Below, piece after piece: positions 1 through 15,160 of a stretch of DNA of 64,000 bases. The stretch spans positions 6,634,001-6,698,000 of the forward strand of contig OX597836.1 in NCBI GenBank assembly GCA_951406725.2, written 5' to 3'. The position numbers were made by a program, and so were the translations under genes. Source of the DNA: Octopus vulgaris (Eukaryota). The first letter of the stretch is position 1, and the number at the start of each line of letters is the position of its first letter. A model generated the notes under the pieces. It was not told the origin of the DNA, did not search any database, and saw nothing but the letters and a program-made list of their open reading frames with translations.

Positions 1-108
1 TTATATGCATATAAATACAAATCTTCTTCTTACATGAATACTCACTCACAGAGAAAATCATATCACTACAAATATTATTTATGCATATCTGCATATCTCT
101 ATATATAA

Positions 109-109
<1 letters not shown>

Positions 110-180
<71 letters not shown>

Positions 181-518
181 GGTGAGAGAGAGAGAGAGAT
201 AGTGTGATAGTGTGAGCATTAATATAGATTAACATTTATAAAAAGAATGTATTTCGCATTGATAAAAGTAATTCCGAAGTTTCACCAGATTTGGCACTTC
301 TAACTGTACGAATATATACATTCTTATACATACATATACACACATACATACATACATACATACATACATACATACATACATACATACATACATACATACA
401 TACATACATACATACACGTATGTATATATGTATATATATATATATATACATACCTATGTATGTATATATATACGTATACATACATATGTATGTATATATA
501 TATGTATACATACCTATG

Positions 519-590
<72 letters not shown>

Positions 591-677
591 TACGCATATA
601 TGTGAGTGTATATATATATATGCATATGTATATATATATATATATGTGTGTGTTTGTGTGTGTGTGTGTGTGTATGC

Positions 678-710
<33 letters not shown>

Positions 711-725
711 TGTATGTATGTATAC
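110..725. repeat. Compound microsatellite block (TA)n, (GA)n, (TACA)n, (TG)n, (TATG)n
   Basis: Directly visible simple repeats, interrupted by short unique sequence at ~200-320. Confidence 0.95.
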
Positions 726-762
726 ATGTACATTATCTTCTTGTGGACTATCTTTTTTGCAG

Positions 763-830
763 TTGATACTCAACAATTCGTTCTCTGTATTTTTTGCTTT
801 ACGATTTCCGGACGATTTGGAAAATAGAAG
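763..830 (+). other. Possible short exon of an unidentified transcript
   Basis: Polypyrimidine acceptor cttttttgcag ends at 762; donor AG|GTAAGA at 831; one open frame [22 protein letters not shown]. No recognisable homology. Confidence 0.3.
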
Positions 831-1224
831 GTAAGACAGCTGTCCCAAAGGGACCCGTTGGAGATATTGGAATAACTTGAGGCCAATAATTATTATATAA
901 GATTGAAGTAAAGGGATCTTATTTGTTGACCATATAACCATTCCATGCCAAATATAAATGTAAATAAAGATGTGAATGCTGTGAATGGAGAGGTGAGATC
1001 TTTTGTTGAGTTTGAAGAAAAGGATGAGTAGAAGATGGAAAATCGTTGTGGATATGAATAATGAAAATAGAGTAAAATCTGTGAGAAAAAAACAGACAGA
1101 ATACAAAGTATCAATACTGGAATATGATGAAAATAATGGGTAAAAATGAATAGTATAGATAAAAATGATATTAGATTAAGGAAATTTGAATCAAAACGCT
1201 AGTTTTAAATACTTCTGAGCAAAT

Positions 1225-1440
1225 ATTGGTTTCAAATTTTGGCAAATGATCAATAATTTTGAAGAACAGGGTAATTCGCTTACATCGACTCCAGTACTTA
1301 ACTGGTACTTATTTTATCGATTTCGAAAAGATGAAGGGCAAAGTCGACCTCGACGGAATTTGAACTCGGAACGTAAAGACGAATGAAGTGCTGCTAAGCG
1401 TTTTTGCCCGGCGTGCTAACGATTCTGCCTGCTCGCCTCC
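1225..1440 (-). mobile_element. tRNA-derived SINE, family A (MetaSINE-like central domain)
   Basis: Reverse-strand match to the full copy at 46110-46340 (gcgagcaggcagaatcgttagcacgccgggc ... gagttcaaattccgtcgaggtcgactttgcccttcatc). Confidence 0.85.
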
Positions 1441-1615
1441 ATAATAATAACAAATATTGCAATGAAACATCAAAATTTAGTTTCTTTTTCACTTGTAAGA
1501 TATATATAAAACCTTTAACGGAAATACAGTCAAAGTTAGCTATCCTTGTATGAATTGCTTCTCTCCCAATTATCAATTTCCATTCAAAAAGACACCTTTC
1601 TACTACTACTACTAT

Positions 1616-1659
<44 letters not shown>

Positions 1660-1773
1660 GCGTTGCATTAGTCTTCTCAAAGTTAATTGCCATTCGAAAG
1701 ATTCTGTTTGTTGTACTAAAGGGTAAGAGTTTAAAAGACCTGCCAGAGACTACAGCCGAATCTTCCTTCCAAA

Positions 1774-1809
<36 letters not shown>

Positions 1810-2591
1810 ACACTCACACACACACACACACACACTCACACACACAGACACACTCACACTCTCATACACACACAGAGTCATAAGTACGTACACACACACA
1901 CACACACATTGGGTAATTTCTACATATATCAAAAAGTAGTAGTAGTTTAATTAGTGCAGGTAGGAAGGGTGTAATTGTAGGTGGTTATAGTGTAGGTGGT
2001 AGTGCAGTTGTAGAGTTAGTGGTGTAGATGGTATAGGTGCTTTTATAGGTGGTATCTTTTATCTTTTATCGCTTACTTGCTTCTGTCATTCGACTGCGGC
2101 CTTTCAAGAATTTTTAGCCGGACGAATCTACACCAGCACTAGTTGTGTACTGGGGTATATCTAATCGACTGGTCCCATCCCCCACCAAATTTCAGGCCTT
2201 TTGCCTATAATAGAAAGAATCATTTGGTAGCCATATTGATACCGGCTGAGTCTGAACATGTTTTCGGAGACTGGGGCCCTGCAATGTACAGCAGCATCTG
2301 CTCGTTGATCAACATAAACAGTCACCTCTCGGAACGGTTTCGCATCACATGCTCGGTCATTGATAGAAATTTTGCTGTTGGTGCCTTGGTTATCGATGAG
2401 GAGCAGGATTTGTGCACTGCCTCAATTGTTCCGGGGTTGTTTTTCTCCCCATTGGATATTTCCGCTGCTGTTTTACATTATTTTTTTCCGATCCCATAGA
2501 TGTTGCCAAATCCTGCCTCGAAAAATCCAATGCTTTGCAGACGGAATTCAGCGGAAGGATACAGAGCAAACGCCTGTCGTACATGTGCGTG

Positions 2592-2633
<42 letters not shown>

Positions 2634-2751
2634 TGTGTGTGCTTATATCTTTATGTCTCGTAACTTAGCAGTTCGAGAAGTAGGTAACAATAAATAATGT
2701 ACCAGACGGAAACGAGTACTAAGGACGATATTACGGGAGGAAGAGAATGGA

Positions 2752-2896
2752 CAAGAAGAAAAAGAAGAAGAAGAAGAAGAAGAAGAAGAAGAAGAAGAAG
2801 AAGAAGAAGAAGAAGAAGAAGAAGAAGAAAGAGAAGAAGAAGAACAATAACAACAATAACAACAACAACAACAAAAGGCGGAGGAGGAGGAGGAGG
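2752..2896. repeat. (GAA)n/(AAC)n/(GGA)n trinucleotide microsatellites
   Basis: Directly visible. Confidence 0.95.
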
Positions 2897-3632
2897 ACTG
2901 GTGGCGAAAGGATATTAAATAGCGAAAGAAAGAAAGAAGAAAGGAAAGAAAGCTGGAAGAAGAGATACAAAGTAATTGAGGGAAAGGTGGAGGTAACTGG
3001 ATGAGTGGAAGTGGGGGGAGGGAGTAAAGCGGCAAAAGAATAATAAACGAGAGGATAGTTATCTTTCCTTGTATTAACAACCATAACCAGAGGGCAGCAC
3101 ATTGAATAATAAAAGAGTTTTGTGTGCAGCGAATTTGGGAATGAAAAGTTTGCGAAAGCTCTCCAAGGTTCTCCTCCGCTTCGAGTAGATCTTTGCAATA
3201 TAAATGGTGGCGGAGATGGTGGTGGTGGTGGTGGTGATGGTGGTGGTGGTGGTGGTAGTGGTGGTGGTGGTGGTGGTGGTGGTGGTGCTGTGAGAGACGT
3301 ACAGAATGGCGAGGTGTCAATGGTCATGTTTAAGTGGGTATTTGGGATACAATATGGCGTATATATACATGTGTATATGTGTGTGTGTTTTGAGGGGAGG
3401 GGTTAGTGTTGTGATAGAGTGGCTGCGGTTCGAGTGGAGGATGGAGTTGAAGGGGGTTGTGGGGTGGGGGGGTTGTCGGAGGGAGGGAGGGAAGGCGGAG
3501 GAGGAAGAGAAGGGGGGAGTTGCAGTGCCTTGGACGTAGTTTTAATAGAATGTCACAACAGCGTTAATATGAAGGGAATGGAGAATGGCAGATAGAGACG
3601 GACAGAACGATGAAAGCGAACAGAGACAATAC

Positions 3633-3638
3633 GAGAGG

Positions 3639-3699
<61 letters not shown>

Positions 3700-4232
3700 A
3701 CACACACACACACACATGTTTATAAATGCATATATACATATATATTATGTATGTATACGCCTATATGTATATATATATATGTATATATATATGTATATTT
3801 ACATATATACTCATATAAGCATATATACACACACATATACATGTATAGATATAGATATATATAATGCATACACATGTATATACACGCATATATATATACA
3901 CGCATATGTGTGTGTATAACCATGCACACACATAGAGGATTACACATACGCACACATATTTATAAATGCATATATACATATATATATTATGTATGTATAC
4001 GCCTATATGTATATATATATGTATATATATGTATATATATATATTTGTGTGTGTGTGTGTGTATATATTTACATATATACTCGTACATACATACATATAA
4101 ACACACACACTCGCACACATATACATGTATAGATATAGATGTATATAATATATACACATGTATATACAAACACATACACATACACGCATATATGTGTGTG
4201 TGTGTACATAACCATGCACACACATAGAGGAT
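3633..4232. repeat. Tandem duplication of a ~300-bp compound microsatellite unit
   Basis: Anchors gaggatt, tttataaatgcatatatacata, gtatacgcctatatg and ataaccatgcacacacatagaggatt recur in the same order at ~3633-3940 and ~3935-4232. Confidence 0.8.
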
Positions 4233-5323
4233 TGAGAGAGATTGGGAGAGGAGTAGGAAAAGGTGAGAAAGAGGAGAAGTAGCAAAGAAACATGAGAGAC
4301 GTTTGATTGAGTGGAGGCGAGGTAAGAGGGGGAGCATAACATATTGATGGAGTGAGAGAAAGAGAGAGAGACAGAAAGATTAAGGGAGATAAAGACGGGG
4401 GCTGAGGAGAAAGAGGATAAAGGGATAAGTGTTTTGATAGAGTACCTGCCAGCTCTGATGGATAACATAACAGATCTGAATAGCGGAGAAAATGGCGATA
4501 GGAAATATTTAAACCACTTGAGACGCCCTCTACCGACAGATTTAATAATAGCCTATGATATAATATAATGTATATTATACAGTATTGTAATATAATAGAG
4601 TTTAATGGCATAGTATGTACGAGATAATTTATTTAATGTAATGTTATAGTGTATAATATGATATGAAAAAAGAATATAAATATAATATATATATTATAAT
4701 ATATTATATTATATATATTATAATATAATATGATATATATATTACAATATAATATATATATCATAATATAATATATATATTATGATATAATATATATATA
4801 ATATAATATATATATATTATAATATAATATAATATAATATAATATATTATTATAATATAAAATATAATGTTGGAATATAATATATAATGTTTGATACATG
4901 TTATATAGTGTGATGTTCGGCTTGAGGCGTTTGGGCGTAGCTGTTTGGACGCTGGTGATTTGGCACGGCAGACTGGGCATTGTACTTGGTATTGGCTACT
5001 GTGGTTTTTTGGCACTAGAGGCTAACACACACGCACACATACACAGAAGTTCAAGCGTATGAACTGGCAGAATTATGCACAGAAAGAGAAAAAGAACGAG
5101 AAAGAGAAAAGGAAAGAGGGGAAGAGAAATATGAAGATGAGGGAGAGAGAGGTAGAGAAGGGAGAGAGATGGAGAGGGAAAGAGAGAAGGGGAGAGAGTG
5201 ACATTATAACGTGAGTGAGTCCGAGTGACATAATCACTTTACCTCTCTTCATATGCCGAAAATGAAATATACTCACATGCATAAACAGAGAAAGCGGTGT
5301 ATGAGAAACATCTCACTTGCAAT

Positions 5324-5500
5324 AAAAGAAGCGGGAAGCGGGATGTGATCTGGTTTAATATACCTTACAATATGAATGTGACCACCAATAATGCCAGAAA
5401 CTTTCTTAGCTTAATAAAACATTTCTCACTTATGCATAAATACAATAAGATGTTCAGCGCTAATCATGTTAATGAAAATTATTCCTGTTTGGACAATCTT
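5324..5500 (+). mobile_element. Penelope-like element (PLE) ORF fragment, RT thumb/linker region
   Basis: Translation KRSGKRDVIWFNIPYNMNVTTNNARNFLSLIKHFSLMHKYNKMFSANHVNENYSCLDNL resembles the RxxxWFNPPY..NV.TN....FL.L..KHF...H...KIFN......SYSC..N motif of invertebrate GIY-YIG PLEs. Confidence 0.75.
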
Positions 5501-7297
5501 CCCAGGACTCATACCACGACCAAAGACCTACACCGAACCTGACCCAAACTTGTCACTGCAAAATTCTTTGAATTCGGTCTCTTTGCACATCACGAATGTC
5601 TGCAGCGGTAATTTAATCTTAGTTTGGTAGGATTAAAAAGAACAATAACGGACTTGCCCGAAATACATTCAAGTGCTGATACGTTCAGGTCAAAAAGCTG
5701 AAAGAATTTCTCATTTTGCTCCAGTTCGTTTGGAAAATTAAGTTGCGAACAGATATAGAAACCCTTTCGATACACTCATCCTTGTACCCGCAGAACAACG
5801 AAGATATGACAGTAGACGGAAGAGAGAGGTGCATGAGAACTTGACTGTTTCTAAATTTTCAACTATGTAGACGAGAACAACATGAAATCATGTGCCGCTC
5901 TTTCCAGGAATCGATCCTAGGACCTTGTGATCCTAAACCAAATATTCTAACCACTAAGCAGCGCGTTTTCATTAATACAGAGTATGAAAGCAATCAAGAT
6001 AGAAAAAAACATTAGTCGATAACATTTACATCCTATATAGAATTGCACAAAGTTTAGATTAGCCGTGAAAGCATTATAAATAATAAACTACCGTCGCTCA
6101 TTCATCGCTTCACGTAGACACATCCTACAACACAAACACCAACCACACAACCCAGCGCAATGTCTCCACCACCACCACACTATCTAACAATTTAAAAATA
6201 CTTGATTCACTACGCAATAACCCTCAATAACCCACAATGACCCACAATGACCTTCAAACAAAAATACTTTAGCCAAAACTTTTGTTCAGCCGCCGTACTT
6301 TTTAAATACCATCTCTTTACCATAGAACAATTTTCTCGCATTCCTATTAATAGCCAAATTGATTCGTAGACACAGGCCGTATTTATCTGCATTTATATAT
6401 TTTATAACTAAACATTTCTATTATTCAAATTAATACATAGATACGCATATATCCGCATTCATACAAACTCACGCTTATATTAATAGACAAAAACAAATGA
6501 AAATAGAAATTCTCAACAAGGCAACGACTCCTTCCACATAAAACACCCTCCAAAGCTTTTCAGACTGAGCTGGCGATTAATAAATGCAACATTCGTCTCT
6601 CAATAGTTCGCTGGTCTGAAGAACCCTATCCAACGCTGAAACTGCCAGCCACGCTGAGTTTCATGTTTTCAGTCTTGTGTCGAGCGCAAATGTTCAAATA
6701 ATGTCAACCATTAAATATAGGTTCTTCCGGGAAAACAAAGCCACAAAACTTTTTGATATAATACCAAATCCTGATTGGTTGGAATTCTCACCTAGGAAAC
6801 TCTTATATTCTTGCATTTAGCGTGTAAGCGTTGAAATACGTAACACGGACTCGCTTCGTTGTTATAATGCAGAAAAACATAGCACATAAAAATATAAAAA
6901 ATGGTATGTAATGTAAAAAAAGTGATAAATAATTAGTCGTAAAAATGGGGAGACAGATTGTAAATGTTGCGATATGTGGTTATATTGATTAGCCATGAAT
7001 GGTGATAAACCGATACGTGGATAGTTTAAGGCGATGACGGTTCCTGTGTAAAATTTAATAAACATGGCCGGCAGCGCAGTCGATTAATACGAACGGTAGT
7101 TAATACTTGTACAGCAACATAGATGTCTGTGTGTGTGTGTGTGTGTGTTGTGAGAGAGAGAGAGAGTTTTGTTGTCGAGCAGTGTAAATAAGGTCGAGAA
7201 AGAAGGATGGAAAGAGATTGGCGTGAAGATAAATATTTAGTTTCAATTAGCACATCAAAGGGGGAATAACTTGCCTGCGACATTATTGCTACGACAT

Positions 7298-7332
<35 letters not shown>

Positions 7333-7733
7333 GCACACACACACACACACACACACGTGTACGGACGTACGTATTTACGTATGTATGTCTTGTTTTAATA
7401 TTTGACATCCGCTGTCTGTACGCGGTTCCATTAATGTAGAATTAGACCCGTCTAAGTAACCCGCGAGGATACATAAATATAAATGCGCAGGTTTGCTAAT
7501 AAATTTTAAAAGAGTCCCTGCAAGCGTGTGGGGGGGGGGGGCTGGGGGGGGGGGGAATCCGCTCGCGCAGCAGACATGAACGCTTTCGCAAGCGTGTCTT
7601 CTCCTTCTTCATATTCCCGTCTCGACAGGATATCTTTTTTTCGACCTGCACACGCATACACCCATACACATTTATATACATACATATATATACACACACA
7701 CACATATATATACATACACACACATATCTATCA

Positions 7734-7792
<59 letters not shown>

Positions 7793-7881
7793 CAATGTCG
7801 CCCCTAGTGGGTAATAAAGAAATCATATATACATATACATATATATATATATGTATATATATATGTATATATATATGTATA

Positions 7882-7921
<40 letters not shown>

Positions 7922-8300
7922 GGTATGTATGTATATGTGTGTGTGTGCGCATATAGACATATACTACCAACTCTTCTGCCCACACATGTATTGGTGTACA
8001 TGGAGTTTTTTTTTTTATGTTGCACAAGCTCTTGAAGTATGAAAAGCCGTTGGCTTGGAAAACCATGGAAGATAATGGAATTGATCATAATAAAATTTGA
8101 GGGTACGAGGAAATATTAAGTAAAACCGATAAAACAATGAAGATATGTATGTGTTTACGTATGTATGCATGTATGTATATATGTATGTGTGTATGTGTGT
8201 ATGTGTGTATGTATATACATACATAAATGCGCATATATATATATATACATATATGCACACTTACATCTATGCATATATACGTATGCATTCACGTATATGT

Positions 8301-8731
<431 letters not shown>

Positions 8732-9069
8732 TCACATATATGCATCCATATATGTATATATATATGTATATATATATATATGTATGCATATGTATATATG
8801 CATATGTGTGTGTATGTATATATGTATGAGTTTTTACAATTATAATGAGCGATTTCTGTATAGTTTGCATCTAAGAGTCTTTTAATCGAAGGTTACAGGA
8901 GAAGATACTCTCGCAAGAAAAGCTATAAAACGTGACTCAACGCAGAACAACTTGGTTGCGAAGTGAATTCTTTAGCATAAATCAATGCCTGCATCAATGT
9001 GAGAGTGTATGTATGTTTGTGTGAGCGTGCGTGTATGTGTTTGGATGTGTATACGAGTGTGCGAACGTG

Positions 9070-9101
<32 letters not shown>

Positions 9102-9308
9102 TGTATGTATGTATGTATGTATGTATATATGTTTATATGTATGTATGAGCATGTGAGTGTGTGTGTATGCGTGTGTGTGTGCATTTGTTCGTGTATGTGT
9201 GTGCGTAAATGTGTATGTGTGTACAAGCATGTTTGTATCTGTATGTGTTTGCATAAGCGTGTGTGTGTGTCTGCGTGTGTTTACATGTGTATTCGTGCGT
9301 GTGTGTAT

Positions 9309-9388
<80 letters not shown>

Positions 9389-10029
9389 GTGCTTGTGTGC
9401 ATGCGTGCTTGTATATGTTATTTAATAAAACATTTTCGGAAACACAAACTTGCTTGAGCGAAACATTCGGATTACTGTCACGAACCATATGCTTTCTGCG
9501 TTTGATATGGTTTTGATTCCTGTTAATTTATGAAATTGCTTCTAATTAAGAATTGTTTTAGAAAACTAAGAATTTCAGGCAAGCATAGAAACGGACTAAA
9601 ATACATCGTACCGATTACGTTTGTAAGTGGAAGAATAAAAGTATGCAAGACTTTCAATTTGAAACAAATACTCTTGCTGTTCTCCAAATTACTGCGTTTG
9701 AGCTTCTGACTCTCTTTAGAAACCAGCTCTTTCCGTGCAGCAGGAATTATAGTAAGAAAAACCACATGCACACAGCCACACCCTCACACATACACACACA
9801 TGGACGCACGTTCTCACACATACGCAGACATTCTCACACGCACGCACACACATATACTTCCTACTTAGACGTTCATGTTCAAGCACTGATTCTTACACAT
9901 GCGTGCACCCTCACACATCCACACGCACACACACACACTCTTTCTCTCACACACTCTCACACATTCTCACACACTCACAGAGGCACAGACACACATGCAC
10001 GCTCTCACACATATTCACACCCGCACATA

Positions 10030-10568
10030 TGCACACACATACATACATTAATACATACATAGATACTTATGCACACATGCACACACATACATACATACAT
10101 ACATACATACATACATACATACATACATGCATGCATACATGCATGCATACATACATACATACATACATACATACAAACATGCATGCATAGAAACATACAC
10201 ACATATACATACATACATACATACATATATACCTACATATACATACATACATACGTACATATATACATACATACACATACATACATACACATACATACAT
10301 ACATATATACATACATATACACATACATACATACATACATACACATACATACATATATACATACATACATACATATATACATACATACATACATACATAC
10401 ATACATACATACATACATACATACATAAATACATACATGCATGTATGTATGTATACAAACATACATACATGCATGCATGCATGCATGCATAGAAACATGC
10501 ACACACACACATACATACATACATACATACACACACATACATACATACATACATACATACATACATAC

Positions 10569-10599
<31 letters not shown>

Positions 10600-10973
10600 C
10601 ATACATACATACATACATACATACATACATACATACATACACACACATACATACATACATACATATATACATACATTCATACATACATACATACATACAC
10701 CCATACATACATACACACACACACATACATACATACATACACACATACATATATACATACACCCATACATACATATATACACCCATACATACATACACCC
10801 ATACATACATACATACAAACATACATACATACATACATACATACTTACACCCATACATACATACATACATACATACATACATACATACATACATACATAC
10901 ATACATACATACATACATACATACATACATACATACATACATACATACTTACACCCATACATACATACATACA

Positions 10974-11005
<32 letters not shown>

Positions 11006-11100
11006 CACACCCATACATACATACATACAAACATACATACATACATACATACATACTTACACCCATACATACATACATACATACATACATACATACACAT
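10030..11100. repeat. ~1.07-kb imperfect (TACA)n tetranucleotide array
   Basis: Directly visible. Confidence 0.97.
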
Positions 11101-11334
11101 ATATTTGTGGTCGACTACAAATAAAAGAAAAAAAATGACAAAAATAAAAAAGCATTAATAATAATTGCCAACGAAAGTAACAACAGACACAGACGCCATT
11201 TTGATATTTTATTTTTCTAACTCGTGGAAAATTCATAATGTTTGTTTTTTTATTTGTTAATCATCAGGAAATAACCGTCGAAGAAATCTTCAAAAGAATT
11301 CAAAAAGCAAACTTTATTTCTTAAGAGTTCTTAC

Positions 11335-11607
11335 CTTTTCTCCTTTTATTTGTTTCAGTCAGTTGACTGTGGCCATGCTGGAGCACCGCCTTGAAGGGAC
11401 CTTTTTTAACCGAATATATCGACCCCGGGGCCTGTGTTTTTTTAATTTTTTTAATTTTTTGATATTTGAAGCCTGGTACTTCTTCTATCGGTTTCTCTTT
11501 TGTCTAACCGCTAAGTTACAAGAAAATACACAATCAGGCGACGGTGAGGAAGAAACACAAGCACGAAGAGAGAAACACACACGTACATGCACACGCATAT
11601 ATACACG

Positions 11608-11655
<48 letters not shown>

Positions 11656-12124
11656 CACACACGCACACATGCTTACATACGCACACACATATATATATAC
11701 GTGCGCACACACACATATACACACACACACACACACATATACACGTGCGCAAACACACACACATATGTATGTGTGTACATGTTCTTTCTTTTTATTCTTT
11801 CACTTTCTTCAGTCATTTGGCTGCGGCCATGCTGGAGCACCGCCTTGAAAAGTTTCAGTCGAAGGAATCGACCCCAGGAGTTATTTCTTAAACTTACTCT
11901 GTCGGTATCTTTTGCCGAAGCGCTAAGGTACGGAGACGTAAACACACCAACACCAGATGTCAAACGGTGATGGGGGACAAACACGTACACACACATACAC
12001 ACACACACACAGAAACACACGCACACACACACACACACAGAGAAACACACACACGTGTATGTATGTATATACGACGGGCTTCTTTCAGTTTCCGTCTACC
12101 AACTCCATTCACAAGGCTTTGGTC
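11335..12124 (-). mobile_element. Two partial SINE family B copies with internal (CA)n tracts
   Basis: tttcagtcagttgactgtggccatgctggagcaccgcc (~11353) and cttcagtcatttggctgcggccatgctggagcaccgcc (~11807) through tttccgtctaccaactccattcacaaggctttggtcg; reverse match to 20402-20797. Confidence 0.8.
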
Positions 12125-12489
12125 GTAAATACTCCTGAAAATACTCGTGTAGGAACAACTTCAACTAAAGATCCTCTTGTAGACATTCCTGCAACTACCC
12201 TTATAAAAGAAACCTTCTTAGACACAGCCGTTACTCCGTTTGTTGCTATAGAAACTGCTCTGTGCTGAATTATGGAGAGCTGTTGCATAACCGCTCACTC
12301 TGCGAGAAATAGGACCTAAATCAGTCACATTACGCTGCTTTAAAAAGAAGGATATATTAGATTGTCTGTCATTTGTCTACCCTTAAATAAAAACATTTGT
12401 CTTGACCGGAATGTCTTTGACCATCGGTCAGCTCATTTAAGGTTACTTAAAGCAATACAACAACAACAACAACAACTTCAGCAACAATA

Positions 12490-12692
12490 TTGATTTCAAA
12501 TTTTGATACATGGCCAGAAATTTCGGGGGTGGGGTTAATCGATTATATCCACCCCAGTGTATTTATTTTACAGACCCCGAAAGGATGAAAGGCAAAGGTG
12601 ACCTCGGCGGAATGTGAATTCAAGATGTAAATACGGACGAAAAAGGCGTTAAGCGTTTCGTCCGGTGTGCTAACGGTTCTGTCAGCTCGCCT
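12490..12692 (-). mobile_element. SINE family A copy
   Basis: gaccccgaaaggatgaaaggcaaaggtgacctcggcggaat ... ctgtcagctcgcc. Confidence 0.8.
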
Positions 12693-12971
12693 CAGTAGAA
12701 ATACTAAAAACAACAAGTGTAACAACAAATTCATACTCTAGGGTATCCTACCCGCTATCCCCAGGGAGGCGAAGTTTTGTTGAAGTGGGGATCGTAATTC
12801 ATCATTACCTGGATTACGTTAATTATAATTATATCAGTTAACTACATCTATCGATCACCAGTCTTTCGCGAAAATCAGATGTATATCAATTGATATATAC
12901 ATACAAACATGTATGCATAAATATATATGTACACACACACATGCAAATATGTATACACACACGCATATACA

Positions 12972-13076
<105 letters not shown>

Positions 13077-13103
13077 GTATGTATATATACATATATATAT
13101 AGT

Positions 13104-13403
13104 GGAGGCACATGGCCTCGTGGTTAGAGCAGCGAACTCGCGGTCGAGGGATCGCAGGTTCGAATCTCAGACCGGGCGATGTGTGTATTTATGAGCGAAA
13201 CACCTAAGCACCACGAGGCTCTGGCAGAAGGTAATGGCGAACTTCTGCTGACTCTTTCGCCACAACTTTCTCTCACTCTTTCCTCCTGCATCTTGCAGCT
13301 CACCTGCTACGGACCGGCGTCCCGTACAGATGGGGGAACCTATACACTAAGGAAACCGGGAAACCGGCCCTTATGAGCCAAGCATGGCTTGAGAAGGAAC
13401 AAC
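13104..13403 (+). mobile_element. SINE family C copy
   Basis: ggaggcacatggcctcgtggttagagcagcgaactcgcgg ... gttcgaatc ... gagaaggaacaac; homologous to 15341-15644 and 22252-22550. Confidence 0.85.
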
Positions 13404-13604
13404 ACACACACATATATATATAAATCAAAGGTAGTACACAAAGAACATGACAAACAGAAACCAACAAAACACAATAAACACGAATCATCCACAGCCGATT
13501 TCTTCATCAGTCGGAGTCTAGAAGTTCCAGGTAGTTTCGCCCCTTAAGCACACTCATGTTCATATGTTCATATATATATATCGCATATGTGCGTGCGCGC
13601 GCGC

Positions 13605-13636
<32 letters not shown>

Positions 13637-14930
13637 GTGTGTGTTATGTTATATATGCTTCTAACGCTTCTGAATGCTTCTAATTTTTAAATGCAATAAA
13701 AGTTTTAAACCCTTCACAGCTTCGCCATTCCAGACGCTATACTCTTTGGCTGAAGGTCCATGACATTGGCACCTTTCGTGTTCCACAGAGCTAGGATTAA
13801 GTATGAATAATACACCTGAGGGAAAACACTTTAGAGAGAATGTTCTGCATACCAAAGGGTTTCACAGATGTAATAAAGTGAGTTGAATATTTTTTTGATT
13901 AACTGAGAATATGCAAACAATTCGCGAAGACAAAAAGTTTACTGGAAAGATGAGTGTTGAATGCTATAAGCAAGGAAGCGAGATAGTTCAGAAAGATCAG
14001 GGAATCTAGACTTTTGGGCAATAGAGACCAGACGGCAACAAAGTGATTAATATTGACCCCTAGGGTACTAGGTGGCTAACCAAGGGGTCGATTAAACGCC
14101 TGAAATGATTTTGTGCATTAAGAGGGCTGAATTATTAACGAAATGAAGCTGGAAGATGGTGGTAATTTGTGGCTAAAACTCTCATTTACGGCCAAAATAT
14201 CGATGCGATTTTAACTAATATTCACCAAACACATCTTCCACATTAAATATTCCGACGACACCACGATAATATGGATTAATTTTTATGGTGCTTTACCATT
14301 TTCTTCAACTTCTGTTCTGTCTCGAACAGAGACCTTTTCTAACAGACTAGTTTGTTTATCTGTGATTGTATGACACTGTATTTTCTACATATTGCGACCA
14401 AGCTCAGACTAATGCCATGCCTGGCAAACGAGTGCCCACCACTGAAGTGATCCAAGAAGATCGAAAACACGTGAACTGATGATCTCCAAGCTAGGGTGGT
14501 GGGAGATCTTTCCCGCTTGCAATGAATATCGAGCGTGAGAGCACACTGAATAAACAGCAGGAGGAGATGTCTTCCTAGGATTAAAATAGCACTCCCGTCG
14601 GTTCTTAAAGAAAACCCACGTTAAAGTGGCGGCCAAGACTAACTTCTTTAAGTATTTTCGATAAATTTCTTTAAATATTTCTTATTAAAAAACGGTGATA
14701 CAAAACAACAAAAGTATTTTTGTCTTTAAATCGAGAACATTTTCAATTCTATATCTCCGAGATGAGGAATTTATGTATTGTGTATTAGTCGGAGTGGTCT
14801 TGAGGCATAGTGTAGTAAGGGCGCTGGTTATCTTCTAGTCATCTGGAAGTTCTGAGTTCAAACCCAGGCAAGGACACAACACACAGCCCAGACCGGGAAT
14901 CGAACTCACTACCTCATGGTTGTGAGCCTC

Positions 14931-15160
14931 GTTTGTCTGTCCTTGTTTATCCTCTCTGTGTTTAGCCCCTTGTGGGCAGTAAAGAAATCGGTATTTCGTT
15001 TGTCTTTACGTTCTGAGTTCAAATTCCGCCTAGGTCGACTTTGCCTTTCACCCTTTCGGGGTCGATTAAATTAAGTACCAGTTGCATACTGGGGTCGATC
15101 TAATCGACTGGCCTCCTCCCCCAAAATTTCGGGCCTTGTCCCTAGAGCAGAAAACATTAT
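14931..15160 (+). mobile_element. SINE family A tail fused to a 5'-truncated second copy
   Basis: tttagccccttgtgggcagtaaagaaatc joined to ggtatttcgtttgtctttacgttctgagttcaaattccgcc. Confidence 0.8.

Noticed and set aside
2220-2582. Unique GC-richer stretch with short ORFs on both strands
   Set aside because: No recognisable domain or splice pattern; possibly a decayed TE.
6610-6649. gctggt-CTGAAGA...GAAAC-tg-ccagc hammerhead-like string
   Set aside because: Stem II cannot form and there is no valid NUH cleavage triplet; compatible with chance.
13720-13877. Segment bounded by cag and gtgagt
   Set aside because: Stops in all three plus frames; no other support.
14430-14512. ctgaagt-gatc...gatc-gaaa and ctgatga-tctcc...ggaga motifs
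   Set aside because: Each lacks one core half or the stem I/III geometry.
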